Origin: Candidatus Latescibacterota bacterium | Lineage (GTDB): Bacteria > Latescibacterota > UBA2968 | Direction of reading: 5' to 3' | Assembly: GCA_965222605.1 (NCBI GenBank) | Contig: OZ244960.1 | Span: 4,128,001 to 4,192,000, forward strand | DNA: 64,000 bases | Part shown: positions 9,181 through 19,817 of the stretch, piece by piece | Layout of the letters: the number at the start of each line of letters is the position of its first letter | Numbering within the stretch: the first letter of the stretch is position 1 | Made by a program: the position numbers and the translations under genes | Notes under the pieces: generated by a model | Told to the model about the DNA's origin: nothing | The model's input: the letters and a program-made list of their open reading frames with translations, nothing else | Databases searched by the model: none

Positions 9181-11343
9181 ATGAGTGTGGTAGCGGTTGG
9201 AGAATTAAACGTAGATGCCGAGCTTTACGCATTGGTCAAAGACGAAATCGCGCCCGATACGGGCGTGGATGCAGAGGCTTTTTGGCAGGGGTTGGAGGAG
9301 ATTGTAAGAGATCTGGGGAAGGAGAACCGGCGTTTATTGGAAAAGCGCGATGTCTTACAGGCAAAGATCGATGCCTGGCACAAGGGGCGCGAATCTATTG
9401 ATGGGGAAGCGTACAGGGCATTTTTGCAAGAGATCGGGTATTTATTGCCCGAAGGGGATCATTTTCAGGTGTTGACGAATGGCGTTGATCCAGAGGTTGC
9501 GACGGTGGCCGGACCGCAGTTGGTCGTGCCGGTGGATAATGCGCGTTATTGTTTGAATGCGGCCAATGCGCGCTGGGGCAGTTTGTACGATGCGCTGTAT
9601 GGGACAGATGTGATCCCGGAGGATGGTGGTGCGGATAAGGGAACGGCGTATAATCCCGTGCGCGGCGAGAAGGTGATTGCCAGTGCGAATGAATTTTTGG
9701 ATGCGACTGTGCCGCTGTCCGGTGGGTCTTATGCAGAAGTGACGGCGGTTGCCCTGCGTGAAGAGGGCGGGCAAAAGGTGCTTGTTGTAGAGGTTGATGG
9801 TCGGGATGCGGGGCTGTCAGACCCGCATCAGTTTGTGGGCTATGCGGAGCGAGATGGGAAATTGTCCAGCGTGTTGTTGGCGCACAATGGGTTGCATATT
9901 GAGATTCTGATCGATCCAGACCATCCCATTGGCAAAGACCATCCGGCAGGGGTAAAAGATGTGGTGCTGGAGTCCGCAATTACCACGATTCAGGACTGTG
10001 AGGATTCCGTATCGGCTGTGGATGCCGCGGACAAGGTGCGCGTGTATCGCAACTGGTGTGGTCTGATGAAGGGCACATTGGAGACGACTTTTGAAAAGAA
10101 TGGACAACCCCTGAATCGCAGATTGAATCCCGATAGGAAGTATATCCGGCCAGATGGCGGTGCGTTGGTATTGCCAGGACGAAGTACGCTGCTGGTGCGA
10201 AATGTGGGTATTCACATGTACACCGATGCGGTGACGACTGCGGATGGAGAGGCGATTCCCGAAGGGTTTTTGGATGCGATGGTAACGTCGCTGGCGGCTA
10301 TTCACGATTTGAAGGGCAATGGCTTGTTTCAAAATAGTCGCTCGGGTAGCGTGTATATCGTAAAGCCCAAGATGCACGGGCCTGAAGAAGTGGGGGCGAC
10401 GGTAGAATTATTCGGGCGTGTGGAAGATGCGCTTGGACTTGCGCGAAATACGCTAAAAATCGGCATTATGGATGAAGAGCGGCGCACGACTATCAATTTG
10501 AAACGCGCTATGTGGGAAGCTCGCGAGCGCGTCATTTTCATCAATACGGGATTTTTGGATCGCACGGGTGATGAGATACACACGAGTATGGAAGCCGGTG
10601 CTATGCTTCCCAAGAATGAAATTAAGGCGCAACCGTGGTTGACGGCTTATGAGGATTGGAATGTGGATGTGGGTATTGAGACGGGGTTGATCGGCAAAGG
10701 GCAAATTGGCAAGGGGATGTGGGCGATGCCCGATGCGATGCGGGAAATGGTGGAGACGAAGATGAATCACCCCGAAGCAGGGGCGACAACCGCGTGGGTT
10801 CCTTCGCCAACTGCGGCCACATTGCATGCGATGCACTACCATCAGGTGAATGTTTCAGCGCGGCAGGCAGAACTCGCAAGGCGAGAACGCGCGAGTCTGG
10901 ATGCGATTTTGACGCCGCCTTTGCTGGATAGGGATCTGACGGATGAGGAGATTGTGCAGGAATTGGATAATAATGCGCAGGGCATTTTGGGCTATGTGGT
11001 GCGCTGGGTTAATCAGGGCGTTGGCTGTTCTAAGGTGCCCGATATTCACGATGTGGGCCTGATGGAAGATCGCGCGACATTGCGTATTTCGAGCCAGCAT
11101 ATCGCCAACTGGTTGCATCACGGGATTGTGAGTGCCGAGCAAGTCCGCGAGATATTTGAGAAGATGGCCGCGGTTGTCGATAGGCAGAATGCGGGCGATG
11201 CGGCGTATCGCAATATGGCTCCGAATTTTGATGAAAGCATTGCGTTCCAGGCGGCGCTCGATCTGGTTTTCAAGGGCCGCGAAGTTGCCAATGGATATAC
11301 CGAACTGGTTTTACACGCGCGGCGGCGAGAGGTGAAGGGTTAA
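9181..11343 (+). CDS. glcB: Malate synthase G
   Basis: [63 protein letters not shown]. Confidence 0.97.
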   Translation: MSVVAVGELNVDAELYALVKDEIAPDTGVDAEAFWQGLEEIVRDLGKENRRLLEKRDVLQAKIDAWHKGRESIDGEAYRAFLQEIGYLLPEGDHFQVLTNGVDPEVATVAGPQLVVPVDNARYCLNAANARWGSLYDALYGTDVIPEDGGADKGTAYNPVRGEKVIASANEFLDATVPLSGGSYAEVTAVALREEGGQKVLVVEVDGRDAGLSDPHQFVGYAERDGKLSSVLLAHNGLHIEILIDPDHPIGKDHPAGVKDVVLESAITTIQDCEDSVSAVDAADKVRVYRNWCGLMKGTLETTFEKNGQPLNRRLNPDRKYIRPDGGALVLPGRSTLLVRNVGIHMYTDAVTTADGEAIPEGFLDAMVTSLAAIHDLKGNGLFQNSRSGSVYIVKPKMHGPEEVGATVELFGRVEDALGLARNTLKIGIMDEERRTTINLKRAMWEARERVIFINTGFLDRTGDEIHTSMEAGAMLPKNEIKAQPWLTAYEDWNVDVGIETGLIGKGQIGKGMWAMPDAMREMVETKMNHPEAGATTAWVPSPTAATLHAMHYHQVNVSARQAELARRERASLDAILTPPLLDRDLTDEEIVQELDNNAQGILGYVVRWVNQGVGCSKVPDIHDVGLMEDRATLRISSQHIANWLHHGIVSAEQVREIFEKMAAVVDRQNAGDAAYRNMAPNFDESIAFQAALDLVFKGREVANGYTELVLHARRREVKG

Positions 11344-11364
11344 TCGCTGAATAGGGATTGAACA

Positions 11365-12135
11365 ATGGGGCGAAAGCTGCTGGTTTTTGATGTGGGCAAT
11401 TCGCGTTTGAAGGCGGCGTTATACGATGACGGTCGCCTGATTGCGCGTGCGTCTCTAAGTGCGGTGCAAGACATGGCCGGTGAGGATTGGGATAGGGCAC
11501 AGGTCGTGCGTGTACTTGAATCGCGTTTTGCCCCGAAGGGGATGCCCGATTACTGTCTGGTTGCTTCTGTGGTGCGCGGTGCAGATGCGGTGATCCACAA
11601 GGCGGTTCAGACAGTATGGGCGATAGCGCCACAGGTGGTCGATACAGAAATGGATCTGGGGATTGATATTGCTGTGCCTCGTCCCGACCATGTTGGCATT
11701 GATCGGCTATTGCAAGCCAGCGAGGCGTTTCGCGTATGCGCGGACGGTGTGGTTGTCGCTGCTTTTGGTTCTGCGCTGACTGTGGATGTGGTGACAGCAG
11801 ATGGTGTTTTTTGTGGAGGAACGATTGCACCGGGTTTGGGTATGGGGTTGCGCGCTTTGCACGATGAAACGAGTTTGCTTCCCCATGTGGCACTTCGACC
11901 GCCGGATTCGGCTGTTGGGACGGATACGGCTTCTTGTATCCAGGCGGGTATTGTTTATGGGGCTGCAGGTGCCGTAGAGCGACTGTTTTGTGAATTGGTT
12001 CCGGATGGGCGTGCGACGCTTGTTTTGACTGGGGGCGATGCCGAGTTGATTGCGCCCTTCATAAACTACCCTCACCGCGTGGAACCAGACCTGGTCATGC
12101 GTGCGCTGGTTTCGTTAGGTCACAGGATTTTTTGA
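11365..12135 (+). CDS. coaX: Type III pantothenate kinase
   Basis: DVGNSRLK, VGIDRL, GGTIAPG, TGGDA motifs. Confidence 0.92.
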   Translation: MGRKLLVFDVGNSRLKAALYDDGRLIARASLSAVQDMAGEDWDRAQVVRVLESRFAPKGMPDYCLVASVVRGADAVIHKAVQTVWAIAPQVVDTEMDLGIDIAVPRPDHVGIDRLLQASEAFRVCADGVVVAAFGSALTVDVVTADGVFCGGTIAPGLGMGLRALHDETSLLPHVALRPPDSAVGTDTASCIQAGIVYGAAGAVERLFCELVPDGRATLVLTGGDAELIAPFINYPHRVEPDLVMRALVSLGHRIF

Positions 12136-12260
12136 CATAGCTGATTGCCTCTCATTTCTTGCGTCTTTTGTCTCTCTTTTGTAATATCTCCCCGGATGTT
12201 GGTGGAGTTTTTGCAGACGCACAATACCAGAATACAGACTATTTACTTTGGAGGAACCCG

Positions 12261-13298
12261 ATGGGAAAGCAGCAAATAGCAGCAACAACGCTCAATAAAG
12301 ACGATTTGATCGTTATTTGCGGGGCGGGCGGTTTTATTGCTGGCGCATTGACGCGATATTTTCATGAACAGGGGTTTGTGCGGCTTCGCGCTGTTGATAA
12401 GAAGCCCTTGCCCGAATGGTACCAGCGCGTGCCTGGGGTGGAGAATCTGTGTTTGGGTTTGAGCGATGAAGATAGTTGCAAACGCGCCGTTGAAGGTGCT
12501 GTCGAAGTGTACAATCTTGCAGCGGACATGGGAGGGATGGGATTTATTGAGCGATTCCGGGTCGAGTGTTTGCGGAGTGTTCTCATCAATACCCATCTGA
12601 TTGAAGCAGCCTATTGGGCAGGTGTAGATCGGTATTTCTTTTCTTCTTCTGCCTGCGCGTACAATACTGAATTGCAGAAGGACCCCAATGTGCGGGCACT
12701 TAAAGAATCAGATGCCTATCCAGCAATGGCCGAGCGCGGATACGGTTGGGAAAAGCTGGTTTCGGAAATGTTTTGCGAGGAATATTGGTCCGAACGCGGG
12801 ATGAAGACCGCGATTGCGCGGTTCCACAATGTGTATGGTCCTTATGGGACGTGGGATGGCGGGCGAGAAAAAGCACCTGCCGCGCTTTGCCGTAAGGCGA
12901 TTGAAGCCAAAGACAGTGGCAAACTCGAAATTGATATTTGGGGCGATGGCAACCAGACGCGCAGTTTTATGTACGTTGACGATTGTATCAGAGGCGTCGA
13001 TATGATTATGCACAGTGAAGACCTGGTTGCAACGCCTATCAATCTCGGTTCGAGCGAACTGGTTTCCATCAATGAATTGGTCAGTGTTATCGAGGAAATC
13101 GGCGATGTTAAACTCAAACGCACGTATGATTTGACCGCGCCTCAGGGCGTTGCTGGGCGCAATAGTGACAATGCGATGATTAAAGAAATGCTCGACTGGG
13201 AGCCAGATACCTCTTTGCGCGACGGTATGGCTAAGACTTATGCGTGGATTGCACAGCAATACGCTGACCGCAAAGCGGGTAAGCGCACGGTGAGTTAG
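12261..13298 (+). CDS. NAD-dependent epimerase, GDP-mannose 3,5-epimerase-like
   Basis: GAGGFIA, AADMGGMGFI, SSAC, YGWEK, GGREKAPAA. GGAGG RBS before 12261. Confidence 0.88.
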   Translation: MGKQQIAATTLNKDDLIVICGAGGFIAGALTRYFHEQGFVRLRAVDKKPLPEWYQRVPGVENLCLGLSDEDSCKRAVEGAVEVYNLAADMGGMGFIERFRVECLRSVLINTHLIEAAYWAGVDRYFFSSSACAYNTELQKDPNVRALKESDAYPAMAERGYGWEKLVSEMFCEEYWSERGMKTAIARFHNVYGPYGTWDGGREKAPAALCRKAIEAKDSGKLEIDIWGDGNQTRSFMYVDDCIRGVDMIMHSEDLVATPINLGSSELVSINELVSVIEEIGDVKLKRTYDLTAPQGVAGRNSDNAMIKEMLDWEPDTSLRDGMAKTYAWIAQQYADRKAGKRTVS

Positions 13299-13320
13299 GC
13301 AGGGGTATTTGGAGAATTAT

Positions 13321-14115
13321 ATGAGTAAAGATATTACGGGTGTTATTGGCAATATTCCTTTTCGCATGGCTTTTGCCGGCGGGTGGATTGATCAGCCGTT
13401 TTTGTCACAGCACAATCCATCGCCTCCCGGATCAATGGTTGTGGTTTCACTCGAACCTACCAGCCGTTTTATGAATCGCTGTGGTATGGCGACGAGTACG
13501 AGGGATGTTGCGATGAGGCTCTGGGGAGCTACCTTTCCCGACCGCGCGCCATCCGATCTGGTGAAAGAATTGTACACGGTCGAAAATGAAGGCAAGGCAG
13601 AGCCATCGGGTTCGCAGGATATGATCGGGTTGCTTTATCCGGGCGTGAGCAGACTCGACTACGATTGCGATTACGAGGGCGGCTATTTTCCGGTTCATAT
13701 TGAGTCCAATAACGATTCCGATGTGGCACGTTGGCTCGAAGATGTGATCTATATGGTTCCCGTTGCTCCGCGCCCCGATGGCTATGAGCCGTTGGGTGAA
13801 AAGAATTTAGATCCGATATGGATTGAAAGATTGGGTCAGTCGGGCAAAGATTGTTATGATGCGATTATCACCAGAGATGCCCGGGGATTGGGTGCATCTC
13901 TGAATGAGTGTATGGTCTGTTGGGAGACCCTTTTGCCACATACGGTGCGACACCCAACTGTTTGGATTGATCTGATAGGTATTTTGGAATATTATCAATC
14001 GCGATATATCGGGGCGATGTATTCGGGTTGTGGCGGTGGGTATATTTACGTTGTTTCTGAAGAACCCGTGCCGGGCGCACTTCGCGTAGATGTTCGATAT
14101 GACAAAGGGAAGTAA
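13321..14115 (+). CDS. GHMP-superfamily sugar kinase-like protein (HddA/galactokinase-related, divergent)
   Basis: PFRMAFAGGWID, CGMATS, GSQD and YSGCGGGY parallel the GHMP motifs. Confidence 0.7.
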   Translation: MSKDITGVIGNIPFRMAFAGGWIDQPFLSQHNPSPPGSMVVVSLEPTSRFMNRCGMATSTRDVAMRLWGATFPDRAPSDLVKELYTVENEGKAEPSGSQDMIGLLYPGVSRLDYDCDYEGGYFPVHIESNNDSDVARWLEDVIYMVPVAPRPDGYEPLGEKNLDPIWIERLGQSGKDCYDAIITRDARGLGASLNECMVCWETLLPHTVRHPTVWIDLIGILEYYQSRYIGAMYSGCGGGYIYVVSEEPVPGALRVDVRYDKGK

Positions 14116-14116
14116 T

Positions 14117-14914
14117 ATGAAGACCGTCATTGTTTCAGGTAGCTTTGACGATATGAGCGCGCGCGATATACGTTTTTTGGAAGAGGCATCCAAATACGGA
14201 TGTCTTCACGCGCTGGTATGGGGCGATAATGTCATTGTGGGGCGAACCAAATTTCCCCAGGAAGAACGTATGTATATGATGGATGCGATTCGCTATGTGG
14301 ATCGCGCGACGCTTATGACGGAATTGGCAGATAGGGACGGGCTTCCCGATACGATCCATACCGATATATGGGTGGTGGATGAACGAGATGATACACCGCA
14401 AAGACGACATTTTTGCGATATGCACAATATCACATATCGCGTTTTGACCGCGGATGATATCAGGGGGTTTCCGGTAACTGAGACAGCGGATGGGGATGGA
14501 AAAAATAAAAAAGTAATTGTGACGGGGTGTTTTGACTGGTTTCACTCCGGGCATATCCGATTTTTTGAAGAGGTGTCAGAGTTGGGCGATTTGTACGTGG
14601 TTGTGGGTCACGATGCAAATGTTCGTCTGCTCAAAGGCGAAAATCATCCCATGTTCAATGAAAACGAACGCCGATATGTTGTGCAGTCCATCCGTTTTGT
14701 CACACAGGGTCTGATTTCCTCTGGCAATGGATGGATGGATGCCGAGCCAGAGATCGCGGTTCTTAAACCCGATATTTACGCGGTGAATGAGGATGGGGAC
14801 AAACCGGAGAAGAGAGTTTTTTGCGAGGAACACGGTCTGGAATACGTCGTGTTAAAACGCGCGCCGAAGGAAGGACTGCCACATAGAGAAAGTACGGTTT
14901 TACGGGGGTTTTGA
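14117..14914 (+). CDS. Tandem cytidylyltransferase-family (HxGH) nucleotidyltransferase
   Basis: Two homologous halves: VIVSGSFDDMSARD (degenerate) and VIVTGCFDWFHSGH (intact). C-terminal RESTVLR. Confidence 0.85.
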   Translation: MKTVIVSGSFDDMSARDIRFLEEASKYGCLHALVWGDNVIVGRTKFPQEERMYMMDAIRYVDRATLMTELADRDGLPDTIHTDIWVVDERDDTPQRRHFCDMHNITYRVLTADDIRGFPVTETADGDGKNKKVIVTGCFDWFHSGHIRFFEEVSELGDLYVVVGHDANVRLLKGENHPMFNENERRYVVQSIRFVTQGLISSGNGWMDAEPEIAVLKPDIYAVNEDGDKPEKRVFCEEHGLEYVVLKRAPKEGLPHRESTVLRGF

Positions 14915-14998
14915 TTCTTTACAACGCCGTGACATGAAATTTGTCTTTGTATGTAGTAAAATCAAGACCTCCATATCTCTAAATAACAGGATTGTGCG

Positions 14999-16531
14999 AT
15001 GTCAAATGTCCTTCTCAATAAACCCGATCTCGAATCCCATTTTAAGACGCTCGGCTTCGACTCGGTTCTCGCTTATAAACTCTGGTGTTATCGCAATGGG
15101 TTGGATACCTGTCTGGATAAAGCCGCCGCTCAGCGTCGGGTAGAAATTGATCTTTTGCAACGCGAGGTTGAGCAGCGCGATCCCGATATTAGCCCGAGGC
15201 ACAATGCCCATCGCGCCAAATTTATCACCCGTATCTTTAATGGCGAGCTTCAGAATGAAACTGTCTCAGACTTGCTCTTTCGCATTCGCGCGATGTACAA
15301 TAATCTCGATGGTGATCCCGACGCGCAACAAGCGCTGGGCTACCTCGTTCTCCACGTTGAAAAATACGGCGATTTGATGCGGCCCGCACGCGCCTGCAAG
15401 CGTTTTGGTCATACGGTTGTCAATACCTATATCGCCGCTCTTGAGCAACTCGCTCGCAATCACGCGGATTGGATTCGGCCCGTTGAGGATTGGCGACCTG
15501 ATAGCTATAAACCAGTGCGACAATTCAATAGTCTTGCGCGTCATCTTCTGGCCAAATACGATGTGCCCGCATTTTTTGACACTGCATTTCTACAAGGCAA
15601 TATACCGCAGGCGCGACTGCAACAAGCGTGGTTCATACACGTTGGCATGGGGCAAAATATCCGCACAGCGAATGTGCCTATGCGGATCACAAAGCGCATG
15701 GCGCATTTGCTCCTGCAAGAAAGACGCAATTACCACACCGTTGTTCAGTGCCTTCGCAAAGTTCAGTACGAAGCTTATGGCGGCAACCCGAAAAACGCCT
15801 GGGAAATTGCCCACGGACCTCTGGGGCAAAAATTTGAAAACGAAGATTTTTGGGAGACGGTTGTCCATTTTCTCGCCAATCAGGCTTTTCTCGAACGCAG
15901 CTATATCAATCCCATCATCGACTATATCCGCAATCAAAAATTTACGCCTCAGCGCATTCCACAACCCGATGGCACGGAGATCGAAGGACCGCCGCTACAT
16001 CCCAACTTTTGCATGAAGGGCCGCAGTATTAATAAGCTCCTCCGCCAGGTCGATGAGTGGCATCAAGAACTCACGGGCCTGGAAGATGTGGAATTGGATA
16101 TCTGGAAGTCCTCTGGCTTTAGAGAATTTGAACACGTTACACTGGACCCCAAGCTCAAACGCAATGTCCAGTGGACGGTTCACGAGCTTATCACCTCGCA
16201 ACAACTCTACGCCGAGGGGCGCATCATGCATCACTGTGCAGGGTCTTATGCCAAACGCTGTGCGGCAGGTGAGAAATCCCTCTGGTCTTTGCGCGCGCTC
16301 GATCTCGGTGCTACTGAAGAAAATCAGGTGCAGGAACACGTGCTTACTATTGAGGTCGATAACAAGAAAAGAGTTGTCGTTCAAAACGCCGGCAAATTCA
16401 ATCTCAAACCCTTTGGCAAAAAACATCTCGCTAAGCAACGCCAAACAGGGAATATCTACCTCCATCTCCTCCGCCAGGCACCGACTATTATGCGCCTGTG
16501 GATGGATAACGCAGGATTGTCCCATGGATAA
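14999..16531 (+). CDS. PcfJ-domain protein
   Basis: C-terminal ELITSQQLYAEGRIMHHCAGSY...LTIEV signature. Confidence 0.8.
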   Translation: MSNVLLNKPDLESHFKTLGFDSVLAYKLWCYRNGLDTCLDKAAAQRRVEIDLLQREVEQRDPDISPRHNAHRAKFITRIFNGELQNETVSDLLFRIRAMYNNLDGDPDAQQALGYLVLHVEKYGDLMRPARACKRFGHTVVNTYIAALEQLARNHADWIRPVEDWRPDSYKPVRQFNSLARHLLAKYDVPAFFDTAFLQGNIPQARLQQAWFIHVGMGQNIRTANVPMRITKRMAHLLLQERRNYHTVVQCLRKVQYEAYGGNPKNAWEIAHGPLGQKFENEDFWETVVHFLANQAFLERSYINPIIDYIRNQKFTPQRIPQPDGTEIEGPPLHPNFCMKGRSINKLLRQVDEWHQELTGLEDVELDIWKSSGFREFEHVTLDPKLKRNVQWTVHELITSQQLYAEGRIMHHCAGSYAKRCAAGEKSLWSLRALDLGATEENQVQEHVLTIEVDNKKRVVVQNAGKFNLKPFGKKHLAKQRQTGNIYLHLLRQAPTIMRLWMDNAGLSHG

Positions 16532-17570
16532 TGCTATGATAGCTGGTCACACGTTTCCTTTTATTGAAGTATCTGGTACGGCGTACGATATGGGTTATCA
16601 ACACGGCAAACAGGCTATAGATCTCGTTCACAAGTATCTCTTGTGGATTGAAAAACTCACGGGCAAACCCCGCGATGAACTCTGCCAAAGCGCGCGTGCC
16701 TTTTATCCCTTAATTGAAAAGCTGAGTCCGCTGCTTATGGAAGAAATTCACGGGCTTGCAGATGGTGCGGGTATTTCTTTTGACGAAGCTCTTTTGTGTC
16801 AGGCGCGGGGCGAAGCCGCTTGTGTTCCGCCCGAAGGTTGCACGGCTTTCGCGCTTACTGGCTCTGCGACTGCCGATGGGTATCCCCTGGCTGGTCAAAA
16901 TCAGGATCTCGCACCCGAATACGCCGATGTCGCCATTCTCTTACACGTCTGTCCTTCTGATGGCCGACCCAGGGCATTGCTCTTTACTTTTGCGGGACAA
17001 TTGGGTTACTCGGGTATGAACCAGTACGGTCTGGCCCATTTTGCCAATGCGCTTTACGATTGTCCCTGGCAAATGGGTCTGCCCCACTATCCGCTCAAAC
17101 GCATTATGCTGGAGCAGGAAGATCTGAATACCTGTCTTCGAATTCTCAGACAACATCCCACCTGTTCGGCTGGCAATATGGTCTTTTGTTTTGGCGATGG
17201 GCAGATTGCCGATCTCGAAATCCGCCCCGAAGGCGTGATGCAATTTACCGATACACATCCCGATGCTATTGTTCACGCCAACCACTACCTCACCCCTGAA
17301 TTTGCACCCTGCGAAACCAATAGTCTCGCCGATTCTTGTCCCCGACGCGACAGAATGCGCGATCTCGTCAAAGAACACTGGGGCAATATCACTGTGGATA
17401 CGATGAAAACTATCCTCGCGGATCACGACGGCGATCCCGCAGCGATATGCCGTCACGGTGCTGTAGATATGTATTCTATCTCGGGTTATATCGCCGAATC
17501 CGCAAAGGGATTGCTCCACGTTAGACGCGGACTGGGCTGCACGGGAACGTGGACGGCATACGAAGTGTAG
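16524..17570 (+). CDS. C45 family autoproteolytic acyltransferase/hydrolase (Ntn hydrolase)
   Basis: EGCT cleavage/nucleophile site, GQNQD, GMNQYGL, HANHY. Confidence 0.88.
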   Translation: MDNAMIAGHTFPFIEVSGTAYDMGYQHGKQAIDLVHKYLLWIEKLTGKPRDELCQSARAFYPLIEKLSPLLMEEIHGLADGAGISFDEALLCQARGEAACVPPEGCTAFALTGSATADGYPLAGQNQDLAPEYADVAILLHVCPSDGRPRALLFTFAGQLGYSGMNQYGLAHFANALYDCPWQMGLPHYPLKRIMLEQEDLNTCLRILRQHPTCSAGNMVFCFGDGQIADLEIRPEGVMQFTDTHPDAIVHANHYLTPEFAPCETNSLADSCPRRDRMRDLVKEHWGNITVDTMKTILADHDGDPAAICRHGAVDMYSISGYIAESAKGLLHVRRGLGCTGTWTAYEV

Positions 17571-17587
17571 TGTTTTTACAGGCGGGT

Positions 17588-18526
17588 TCAAGGGGTCCAG
17601 GTTTTGGCGCGTTCGGCGTAGTCTCGGGCCTGGGCGGGAATATTTATGCCGACTTCTTCGGACCAGGCTGCGAGAAGCTGTTGATAGATAGGACCGGGTT
17701 TGCCCGTGCCGACGAGTTGGAAGTTGAAGCGGGTGATGGGCACCATACAGATGGTGGTTGAAGTGTACCAGGCTTCGTCGGCTTCGCGTACATCGTAGGG
17801 TTCGATGTCGGTTTCATAGACAGGAATGTTCAGTTTGGCAGCGAGGTCCATGCAGACCTCCCGGGAGACGCCACGCAGGATATCGTGTGGTTTGGGCGTG
17901 TGGATTTCGCCATTGCGGGCGATGAAGAAATTGGTGCCAGTGCCTTCGGTGATAAAGCCGCGTTCGTCGGTGAGGAGGGCGTTGGCACCTTTTTCCAGGC
18001 GTTGAGCCTGGAGATTGGCAATCTGGTAGTAGATGCGGCTGCGGTTTTTGGCTTTGGGGTCTATGTACCGGGCGGGTACGGATTGCTGGGGCGTGATGAC
18101 AAAGTGAGTGCCCTGTTCGTAATAGTGGGCACTGCCTCCAATGTGGCGCACGAGCGGGATGACATTGATGGTGACGATGGGACGGGGGCCTTCTGTGACG
18201 AGGGTGTCGTAAAAGGATAGGGCACCCCGGGTGACGTTGTGCATGATTTGAAAGTCCAGATTTTCCAGGGCGGGTAGATTTCTCTCGATGGTTTTGTGCG
18301 TGGCGTCTTCCATCTGGGCAATGCTGAGGCCGCAGTCGATTTCGGCGTATTTCATGGAGGCGTACAGGCGTTTCAGGTGGTTGCGAAGGCAGTAGGGTTT
18401 TTGCTTGAAGGAGCGGGTCATTTCAAATACCATGTCTCCAAACATCAGGGCGGAGTCGAAAATGGAGATACGGGCTTCGCGTTCGGGAACGAAGTTTCCG
18501 TTGAAATAGACGAGGCGCTGGGGCAT
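17588..18526 (-). CDS. Aminotransferase class IV (branched-chain/D-amino-acid aminotransferase family)
   Basis: ISIFDSALMFGDMVFE, PLP lysine in KAKNRSR, TEGTGTN, ILRGVSR. Confidence 0.9.
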   Translation of the reverse strand: MPQRLVYFNGNFVPEREARISIFDSALMFGDMVFEMTRSFKQKPYCLRNHLKRLYASMKYAEIDCGLSIAQMEDATHKTIERNLPALENLDFQIMHNVTRGALSFYDTLVTEGPRPIVTINVIPLVRHIGGSAHYYEQGTHFVITPQQSVPARYIDPKAKNRSRIYYQIANLQAQRLEKGANALLTDERGFITEGTGTNFFIARNGEIHTPKPHDILRGVSREVCMDLAAKLNIPVYETDIEPYDVREADEAWYTSTTICMVPITRFNFQLVGTGKPGPIYQQLLAAWSEEVGINIPAQARDYAERAKTWTP

Positions 18527-18609
18527 TGGGAGACCTTTCGTGAGAGCCAGAGGTTGGGAAACGGGTTGTTATATATACGATTAATTTTTTTGAAATTCAA
18601 GTTGTCCTG

Positions 18610-18648
18610 AAGGAGGATGGCGATGAAGATCACGGAGATTGAGGTGAT
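18610..18648 (+). repeat. 39-bp direct repeat, copy 1 (RBS plus first codons of the enolase-family gene)
   Basis: AAGGAGGATGGCGATGAAGATCACGGAGATTGAGGTGAT, identical to 19779-19817. Confidence 0.93.
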
Positions 18649-18707
18649 GAGTTGTTGTTGAAGGGAGATTGGGACCTCACTATAAACCGAAAGAGAGGAT
18701 CGAGACA

Positions 18708-19763
18708 ATGGCGGAGCGATATAGAGCGGCGTTAATCGGATGCGGCAGGATGGGGGCGACGATTGACGATGAGGTGCGGGATCGTCCCGACAGTCATCTG
18801 TGGATCCCGTATTCACATGCAGCAGCGGCTGTGGCGTGTGAGCGGACGGAGCTCGTAGCGGTTTCGGATGTGATAGCAGAGAAGGCAGAGGCGATTCGCC
18901 AGCGGTACGAGGTTCCGGTTTGTTATACGGATTATCGGGAGATGATTGAGAAGGAGAAGCCGGATATCGTGTGCATCGCGACCCGTCCAGCGACCCATTC
19001 AGAGATAACGGTTTTTGCGGCCGAACATGGGGTGAAGGGGATTTATTGCGAGAAGCCGTTGTGCTGTTCGATGGCAGAGGCAGACGCGATGGTAGCAGCG
19101 GTTGAGAAGAACAGAGTGAAGTTCAATTACGGTACGCAGCGGCGATATATTCCGGTTTATTGGAAGATGCGGGAACTGGCGGATGCCGGGGAATTGGGTA
19201 CGGTGCAGGCTGTAATTGTGCAGGATGGGGTGACAGCGGCGTTGTGGGGGTTAACCCATGGGGCGGATATGATGTTATTATTAGCCGGAGATGCCGAGAT
19301 TGAGTACGTGCAGGGAACCATTGTGTGTGAGGATGAGGATTGGGAGGGCAACCGCCTGAATGTGGATCCGAGCATAGCCAGCGGGTATGTTCGGTTTGCC
19401 AATGGGGTTCATGGATATACAACGGCGGGCAGTGGCTCGGAGTTTGAGATTTGTGGCTCGGAGGGAAAGTTGAGAACGTTTAATAATGCGATGACTTATC
19501 AGTTTCGCAAGGCAAGCGGCGTGCAGTATGTGCTGGAGGAGCAGGCATTTCCAGAAGTTCCGTGCGAGAGCGGTACGGTGAATGGGATTCGGGATATTGC
19601 GGAGGCGCTGGATACAGGGCGTGAGACAAAGGGACCGGTTCATCTGGCGCGACGGAGCCAGGAGATGGTGATGGGGTTTATTGAGTCGCATCGGTTGGGC
19701 GGTGTGCGGGTAAGTTTGCCGATGGAGAACCGAGAACTGTACGTGGGTCGGGAGAGCTGGTGA
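18708..19763 (+). CDS. Gfo/Idh/MocA family oxidoreductase
   Basis: ALIGCGRMG, PDIVCIAT, YCEKP motifs. Confidence 0.92.
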   Translation: MAERYRAALIGCGRMGATIDDEVRDRPDSHLWIPYSHAAAAVACERTELVAVSDVIAEKAEAIRQRYEVPVCYTDYREMIEKEKPDIVCIATRPATHSEITVFAAEHGVKGIYCEKPLCCSMAEADAMVAAVEKNRVKFNYGTQRRYIPVYWKMRELADAGELGTVQAVIVQDGVTAALWGLTHGADMMLLLAGDAEIEYVQGTIVCEDEDWEGNRLNVDPSIASGYVRFANGVHGYTTAGSGSEFEICGSEGKLRTFNNAMTYQFRKASGVQYVLEEQAFPEVPCESGTVNGIRDIAEALDTGRETKGPVHLARRSQEMVMGFIESHRLGGVRVSLPMENRELYVGRESW

Positions 19764-19778
19764 GCGCGTCATTTATTT

Positions 19779-19817
19779 AAGGAGGATGGCGATGAAGATC
19801 ACGGAGATTGAGGTGAT
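19779..19817 (+). repeat. 39-bp direct repeat, copy 2
   Basis: Identical to 18610-18648. Confidence 0.93.

Noticed and set aside
16053-16523. Long N-terminal extension of the C45 ORF overlapping PcfJ
   Set aside because: C45-like sequence starts only at about 16524. The extension is a chance open frame.
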